In this document: in pieces, positions 56,811-64,000 of the stretch
Layout: each line of letters begins with the position of its first letter
Position numbering within the stretch: the stretch's first letter is position 1
NCBI GenBank assembly: GCA_026936335.1
Contig: JAPMXV010000024.1
Span: 62,001-126,000, forward strand
Length of the DNA: 64,000 nt
DNA from: Mantamonas sphyraenae STR306
Taxonomy: Eukaryota; Protista; CRuMs
Direction of reading: 5' to 3'
Program-made: the position numbers and the translations under genes
Notes under the pieces: generated by a model
Database searches by the model: none
What the model saw: the letters and a program-made list of their open reading frames with translations, nothing else
Told to the model about the DNA's origin: nothing

Positions 56811-59800
56811 GGCAGCAAACGGGGTGGCCAATTGTGGCAGCCGCCTTTTCGCCACCCAGCCTGGCCCCCGTCACCGTGTTCCTCGGCACTCTGGCACACA
56901 GCACACAGTACCATTTGCATCCACATCCTTCCTTACACACACGCCCTGCACCGTCGGTGGTTGTGCTGCGTTGTTCTCGCACAGTGGCTTCATGCAGCGT
57001 CCCCCACACACTCACTTTCTTCCAGATTCTGCCTCCGTTGCCTGGCGTCAAAACGTCGTCCCAGCAGCCCTTCCATCAGATTGGGGTACAAAGCCAGCAA
57101 TAGAGGTGCATGGGTTCATGTGGATCCGCATGCACTGTCACTCTTGTGTTGTCCATCATCACCGATTGGGAAAGGGGAGAAAGCTGGCTGGGCCACTTTC
57201 GTTCATCCCAGCCTCCAGCCCTTCCCCTCCTCGTCCCCTCTTTTTGTTGTTTGTTCATTTCCATCGTTTGCCCATCGATGCCCCAGGTGGGTCCCTTTGG
57301 GGCACCTGATTCATCCCAGCAATACACTCGCCAGCAGTGCCACCACCACGCCGTGCAGGAGGCCCCACCAAAAGGCTCAGATCCTGACGACTTGTGTGCC
57401 GATGCGTCACCACCATCCTTCCTACGCTTCTTTGCTTTCTTCAGTCTCAGTTCATGTCTCGTTGGTGATTGGCCAGGCGGTGCCTTGCGGTGGGTGCTCT
57501 GGTGTGGCGATGCTCTGCCTTGGCGGGCGCGTGAGGGGCGAGTGTGTTTCTCTTGCCACTGGATGGGGGGCAACAGAGACGATGGGCGACCTGTGGCCTT
57601 CATCGATGTGAGCACGGAAGAGACAGAGACACGAAGGAGTGGTGGTGCTGATGCTGGATGGAAGATGCATCGGACGGCGGGTGCTTGTTGGATGGGAAGG
57701 AGGAATTTGCACGCGGCGATTTGATTGCCAACGTCTCTGTGGTGCTGTGGATAGGGAGAATGCAGACTTGAGGAATATGTCCGCAGGTCCACACGTGTGG
57801 TGGGGAGGCTGAGCAAGACTCAACTCGTTTCGTTTCTTGGCAACTCTTTTTTCTCAATCGTGCTCGTTCCCATCTCCACCACGCATGTTCATGCCCATCC
57901 TCCCATGCATTCACGTTGGCTTGCCACTCTTCAAACCCATGCTACCTTCTCCAACATTCTTCAAAATGGGAAAGGGAGGTGATGAGAACTCGTTTTCCGC
58001 TTTGCATGGTCGCTGTGGCTGGATGAGCCAGTGCCAGTGGAGTGCAGTCCAATGCACATCCATTGCAGTTGGTGGATCAGGTGTGGGGATGGGGGAGGTG
58101 AGGGTGGGGAGGATGAGCCTGCGTGTGGGCGGCCAAGACAACCTTGGACGACTGGCATGGCACGTGTGTGTGTATCGTTCACCCTGTCAGCCATGTGGCA
58201 TGAATGGATTTGAGTTGTAGCTTGCTCTGGTGGTGTTCATGGGTTTGGTCGGCGGATTGGTGGCGAGGTGGCCTCAACGAGCCTCTGGACTCTCTGCTGG
58301 TTGCCTCTGTGTGTTGATGCTGTGAGCGGTGGATACTATGACGATCCATTGGCCCTTGGTGACACCGTGGTTGTATGAATGACACAGGCGCGAGTAGAAA
58401 CCCCGCCTGTGAGGATCAACGCACACAAAACCTGCCCTGTGTCGGCACACAGCACCCGCTGGATCCTGCAACCGGATAGACGAGGGCATGGGAAACACAC
58501 GCGCAGACTCAGTTTCGTATTTGGGCTGATTTTGGTGGAGAGCGGCTGGTTGTTCATCATGTCGACAATGGTCGAAAAGTGGCGAAAAGTGGAATGAGGG
58601 TCAGTGGGGTGTGGTTGATGTGTGGAGGGCGGAGACCGAGGCTGAGGGCATGGGGCGGCCTGTGGTGTGAGCAGGGGGGCGGCAAAGGTGCAGGTGCTCG
58701 GTCACCGCCTGAAACCAGCTGCGTGCGTTTCTGCGACACTGCTCACGAATGCACAGCCTGACTGTGGTAGAAGTGTGCATGGGAAGTGTGTGGGTGACTG
58801 CACACAGGTTCAAGTGGTGTGCGTGCTGATCAAGGGGGTGTGTGATCCGTGGGAGGGCGGTTTGTGGTGCAGGAAGGCGACGAGGTGCGGCTGGGCTGGC
58901 AAGGCGACAAGCAAAAACGACGCCACGACCACCACCAGGCACATTTTTCATCGAATTTGGGGAACTTGGTGGAGAGGTGGGGTGGGTGGATGCGGGCCCA
59001 GAGAACGGAGGATGAGGGCGTGGAGGGACCTGTGGCGTGTGTGGGAGGCGGAGTTGATGGCGTCGGGATGGCCACCCTGCGACAAAATCACCCCAGGATG
59101 GCAAGGGAGGATGGGGGTGGGGATGGATGGTTGTGGGAGAGGGGTGGAGAGGGAAGGAGGGATGGTTGGGGTAGCATGTGTGTGCATGGGCACAGCCATC
59201 CGCACACGCGAGCCGAAGAGCAGGAAGATGGGCGGCGACTCAGACTCTGGAAGGGGAAGCAAGGTGGAGAGTCAACCATGTCGCAAGGATGAGATTGGTG
59301 GACGCCATTGGCATTGGATGGGGCGCATGGGTGAACACAGTGGCAGGCAGGAGGAGGAGGCCAGCCGTTGTTCCATGCTGGTGGCACTGATGGACAAAGA
59401 CAGAGTGACGTGTGGAACACTATGGGTAGTGGTAACACGGCATGGATGCACTGGGCAGTGCGAAAGAGGGCATGCATGGGCGGTGGAGGCAGACAAGGGC
59501 CAACGGAAGGTGGCAAGTCGTGGCAGGCGCTGCTGGGAAGGACGAGGGAGGTGTGCGTGTGGAGGGTTGTATGGTGAAGAGGGGAGGTGTGGTTCATTCA
59601 TGTGTGGTGGTGGGTGGTGGTGGATGGAGGAAGAGGGTCAGGAGTGGGCTGGAGGGATGGTGGGGCGCGCAAGCGTGATGGAACGCCACCGTTGGCGTAG
59701 TTGGGTTATATGTAGATGGGCAGTTTGTGAACAGTGATTGGGTGTGTGTGTTGTGAACGCGGGATGTGAAGGCGGGGAGGAAGGAGCAGAGTGCTCCTTG

Positions 59801-59984
59801 TCCCCTGTGCGGAGGCGCATCCAACGCAAATTGCATACACACACACACGTTCAGAGCAGTCATTGGGTAGGTAAGGGTGGGGGTGTCGGGGACTTGTGCG
59901 CTGTGTGGGTGGGATAGAGAGTGAGAGTCACGGAGGAAGTGAAGACTCATGTGGGGCTGATTCACATTGAATATCGCAGGAAAC

Positions 59985-62499
59985 ATGTTTTTGGGAACAG
60001 ATGAATGGGTGGAATTGTTGCAGAGTGGGGACCATGGGCGGATTGTGGAGGCTTTGGAGGCTGAGGAAGCGGTGAGTTGGCGAGAAAGCGGGAGGTTTTG
60101 GTGAGCGTGACGTTGCGACGTTTGGTCGTCGCACAAGGGGAAGGGAAGGAGGGATGGGGGTAGGGTGGGTGTGATGGTGTGTACGCAGCGTGGGAAGTGT
60201 GTTGACACGACACATACAGGAATTGAACCTTGCAAGGGAGGAGCTGGGAGACAAAGAAGCAATTGCACTTGCGCATGCACTGGGAAAGAACCGCAGCTTG
60301 CAGCAGGTGTACCTCGAGAACAACAGGATCGGGGACAAAGGAGCAGCTGCACTTGCGCGTTCCCTGGCTGAGAACGGCAACTTGCAGACACTGGTCCTCA
60401 GCAACAACGACATCGGGGATGAAGGAGCAGCAGCACTGGCGCAGGCACTGAGTGAGGTCAGCAGCTTGCAGACACTGGACCTCAAATACAACAGCATCGG
60501 GGTAGAAGGAGCAGCGACACTGGCGCAAGCACTGAGCGAGAACAGCAGCTTGCAGACACTGAACCTCGGGAGGAACAGCATCGGGGCAGAGGGAGCAGTG
60601 GCACTGGGGCAGGCACTGAGGATTAACAGCAGCTTGCAGACACTGGACCTCGAGATGAACAGCATCGGGGCAGAGGGAGCAGTGGCACTGGGGCAGGCAC
60701 TGAGGATTAACAGCAGCTTGCAGATACTGAACCTCTGGGGCGACAGCATCGGGGACGTAGGAGCAGCAGCGCTGGCACAGCCACTGAGTGAGAACAGCAG
60801 CTTGCGGACTCTGATTCTCAATCGCAACAGCATCGGGGCAGAAGGCGTAGCAGCACTGGCGCAGGGACTTGGTGAGAATTGCAGCTTGCAGACACTGAAA
60901 CTCTGGTCCAACGATATCGGGGACGAGGGAGCAGCAGCAGTGGCGCAGGCACTGAGGATTAACAGCAGCTTGCAGACACTGATGCTCACAAACAACAGCA
61001 TCGGGGACGAAGGAGCAGTAGCACTGGGGCAGGCACTGGGCGAGAACGTCAGCTTGCAGACACTGAAGCTCGACGACAACAGCATCGGGGCTGAAGGAGC
61101 AGCAGCACTGGCGCAGGGACTGAGTGAGAACCAGAGCTTGCAGGCACTGTACCTCGACGAGAACAGCGTCCGGGACAAAGGAGCAACAGCACTGGCCCAG
61201 TCGTTGAGTCAGAACAGCAGCTTGCAGACACTGATGCTCATAAGGAACAGCATCGGGGACGAAGGAGCAGTAGCACTGGGGCAGGGACTGAGTAAGAACA
61301 GCAGCATGCAGACACTGAACCTCGGAGACAACAGAATCGGGGACGAAGGAGCAGTAGCACTGGGGCAGGGACTGAGTAAGAACAGCAGCTTGCAGACACT
61401 GATGCTCAGAAACAACAGAATCGGGGACGAAGGAGCAGTAGCACTGGGGCAGGGACTGGGCGAGAACAGCATCTTGCAGACACTGGGACTCGACAACAAC
61501 AACATCGGGGACAATGGTGCAGCAGCACTGGCGCGGGCACTGAGTGAGAATAGCAGCTTGCAGGCACTGCGCCTCTTCTGCAACAGAATCGGGGACCAAG
61601 GCGCAGCAGCACTGGGCCAGGCACTGAGTGAGAACAGCAGCTTGCAGACACTGAACCTCAACAGCAACAGCATCGGGGACGATGGAGCAACAGCAGTGGC
61701 CCAGTCGTTGAGTCAGAACAGCAGCTTGCAGACACTGAACCTCAACAGCAACAGCATCGGGGACGAAGGAGCAACAGCACTGGCGCAGGCACTGGGGGAG
61801 AACAACACCTTGCAGACACTGAACCTCGAACAGAACCGCATCACAACAGAAGGAGGCGCAACACTTGCTCAGGCGATGAATGGCAATCGGTCCTGCTGGA
61901 GAATCCACGGTGTTGGCAATGGCGCGTTACGGGCACTGTTGGAGAGAAACAAGAAGCAGCACGTGGTGTTTGTGGAGTGTGGGGATGTGGAGAAGATGAG
62001 AGAGTTGAAGGAGTGGGGGGTGCCAGTGGACACGTTTGCAGGGGAGAGGGGGAGGAAGAATGCGCTGGAGAGAGGAGTGTCGCGAGGGGATGAGAGGATT
62101 GTGGAGGTGTTGCGGGAGTGGGGTGCAAAGCCGAGGATGGAAACGGTGGAGATGGTGAGGGGGGAAGGGTGGAGGAAGGCGTGGCATTGGATTGGATGGG
62201 GTGGACAGGTGGATGAGGTGATGGAGGTGGCGTTGGTGATGAACGGGGAGGAGAGGGAGGTGATGTTTGAAGCAGGTGGGATGGAGGCGTATGAACCGAC
62301 TGCACAGTGGATGACACTGCCGGATGAGGTGATGGAGAGGGTGATTAGGTGGGTGGGAAGGGGTGCTGCACCGGCAAGGGTCGCTGTGAGGAGGTCAGAC
62401 GAGGCGAGGAAGCAACAGCGAGAGTTGAAAAGGAAGAAGAGGAGGGAGCGGAGGTTGAGAAGAGGCAACATATCGAGGAGGATGGAACGATTGGGGTGA
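59985..62499 (+). CDS. LRR (20 x 28-aa) + single ankyrin repeat + F-box/PRANC-like protein, paralogue of 41007..43233; join(59985..60071,60220..62499)
   Basis: Exon 1 MFLGTDEWVELLQSGDHGRIVEALEAEEA is homologous to MGLGRNEWVKLLHSEDNERIIDAVKDQGR. 148-nt GTGAGT..ACAG intron. ANK: GVPVDTFAGERGRKNALERGVSRGDERIVEVLREWGA. WMTLPDEVMERVIRWV, then a basic tail. Confidence 0.87.
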
Positions 62500-62724
62500 T
62501 CAGCAGGATAAATGGAAGTCCTTTTGATGCGATAGGGGTCGGAGGCAGGGGAGGAGGAAAGGGTGGAGGTGACTTGGTGGATTCGGAGGAAGGGGAGGGT
62601 GAGGGGATGGCCAGAGAGCGAATGTCGCGTGTGCGGGCAAACAAGGCAACGATTGTGTCGATGCGAGATGTGGGGACGTGGCACAGGCGTAAGTGTGAAG
62701 AGGCAGAATAAGAGGAAGAACTCT

Positions 62725-63278
62725 CGCAACCACCATCCAAACCACCACCATCCCTTCGCCAGCACCCATTGCCACTGGAATTACACCAGCCAGCGTCACC
62801 TTCCCCCTCCACCCTCACCTCCGGCGCCTCCCAAACAGGCCCCGTGCGGCACTTTTGCGCACCCCAAGCCGCGTTTGTAAGGAGCGTCCTTCACCACAAT
62901 CACCATCCAAACCACCACCATCCCTTCGCCAGCACCCATTGCTACTGGAATTACACCAGCCGGCGTCACCTTCCCCCTCCACCCTCACCCCCGGTGTCTC
63001 CCAAACTGACCCCGTGCGGCACTTCTGCAGCCCCAAAACCGTTGTGTAACCGAGGTGCTTCAACCACAACCACCACCCAGACCACCTCCAATCCCTCACC
63101 GGCACCTATTGCTACTGGAATTACACCAGCCAGCGTCACCTTCCCCCTCCACTCTCACCTCCGGCGCCCTCCAAACTGAGCCCGTGCGGCACTCTCGCGC
63201 ACCCCAAAGTCCCTTAATCCTGCACTATCTGTCTTCACAACCCCCATCCAAACCTCCACCATCCCTCCGCCAGCACCC
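62725..63278. repeat. 170-bp tandem repeat, ~3.2 diverged copies
   Basis: CACCATCCAAACCACCACCATCCCTTCGCCAGCACCC-like units start at 62731, 62901, 63071 and ~63242. Confidence 0.9.
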
Positions 63279-64000
63279 GAAGAAGACGTACAGCGACTTG
63301 ACGGACAAGACGGTGTACGCAGGCGTGAGTCTGTACTCGCCGAACGACAAGGTGACGTTCCAGCGCGTGGGCGGCGCCGGAGGCGGTGGCGAGTCTGGCA
63401 ACAAGACGTATGGCTCGCCCGAGCTTATCCGCAAGGCGCGTGTGAACAACCTGCGTGCGCTGGGCTTTGGCCAGGCGGCAGCGGAGAAGGCGCTGGACGA
63501 GGTGTGCCCCGACGTGGACGACGAGTTTGACGTGGAGGGCGTGATTGCGTGGATGATCGAAAGGAGCGCGGAGCTGGAGAATGTGGAGGACTCGACGGCG
63601 CAGGCGGAGGAGGAGGACGCGCAGGAGGACCTTGTGTTTGACCTGGGCAGCCTCGGATCGATGGGCGAGAACCAGGCGTTCGAGGTGCTGAACGCACCGG
63701 GCCAGAGCAAGAAGAAGAAAGAGAAGAAGGAGAAGAAGGAGGGCAAGGAGCGCCCGACGCTAACCAAGAGTTTCAACGCAGGCGGACCTCCGTGGAGGAC
63801 TGTGCTGCTGTCGCAGTTTGCGAGCTCGACCGAGGCACTGTGCGTTGTGTTTGCGCGCCAGGCGTTCTTTTCGCTGATGAAGAACTGGCCGAGCGCACAC
63901 ACGTTCAGCGTGGAGAAGCTGGGTGGCGTGAGCACGTTTACGCACCTGCTGAAGCTGAACGCGGCGGCCTACGAGGACGACCTGGAAATGGGCGACAAGG
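63274..64000 (+). CDS. Internal fragment of a SPRY-UBA protein, probably a HERC1/HECTD4-like E3 ligase (no 5' part seen; runs off the window)
   Basis: Open frame HPKKTYSDLTDKTVYAGVSLYSPNDKVTF (SPRY C-terminal strands), VNNLRALGFGQAAAEKAL..DVEGVIAWMIE (UBA-like), EALCVVFARQAFFSLMKNWP (resembles the HERC1/HECTD4 LYAR..L.LL..WP segment). Strongly GC3-biased codons. Confidence 0.6.

Noticed and set aside
58667-59737. 356-aa ORF and other ORFs in 56800-59900, 52830-53370 and 43250-43880
   Set aside because: Low-complexity translations of G/T-rich DNA with no recognisable motifs.
41500-62000. 84-bp LRR units and inverted LRR paralogues read as a CRISPR array or terminal inverted repeats
   Set aside because: The units are in-frame coding repeats without spacers or cas genes. 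The paralogues are diverged intron-containing genes, and no transposase or target-site duplication is seen.

Overview
Compact, GC-rich eukaryotic DNA with GT-AG introns, most likely from a flagellated protist. The left ~26 kb is mostly housekeeping: Nup155 (5'-partial), PIG-O, a spliced stefin/cystatin absent from the ORF track, a divergent SNF2 ATPase, a small membrane protein, two head-to-head ciliary genes (a coiled-coil protein and CFAP92-like), ERGIC3 and a GPAT3/GPAT9-type acyltransferase. It also holds a head-to-head pair of PB1-domain genes with ATG8-interaction (LIR/AIM)-like motifs; one of them carries an array of dynein light chain LC8-type TQT motifs. 26.5-41.0 kb is a ~6.03-kb tandem array (2.4 units) of an NBR1-like gene (PB1, His-rich, FW, UBA; no ZZ and no obvious LIR) plus an EGF multi-pass membrane protein, and both array ends break inside the membrane-protein gene. 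41.0-63.3 kb is an accessory block bracketed by two outward-facing paralogues with 28-aa LRRs, one ankyrin repeat and a C-terminal F-box/PRANC-like motif. Between them lie a bacterial-type ABM-barrel gene with a signal peptide, a ~1816-aa secreted acidic/polycationic protein, a BTB-BACK-SPRY gene and an F-box repeat gene. The block ends in a 170-bp repeat joined to a 5'-truncated SPRY-UBA (HERC1/HECTD4-like) gene. Best candidates for a new system (all inference): (i) a split PB1-polymer selective-autophagy receptor, (ii) a ubiquitin-tagging/xenophagy defence locus with variable LRR-ANK-F-box sensors, and (iii) a giant polycationic secreted precursor. All calls are by eye; no database searches were run.
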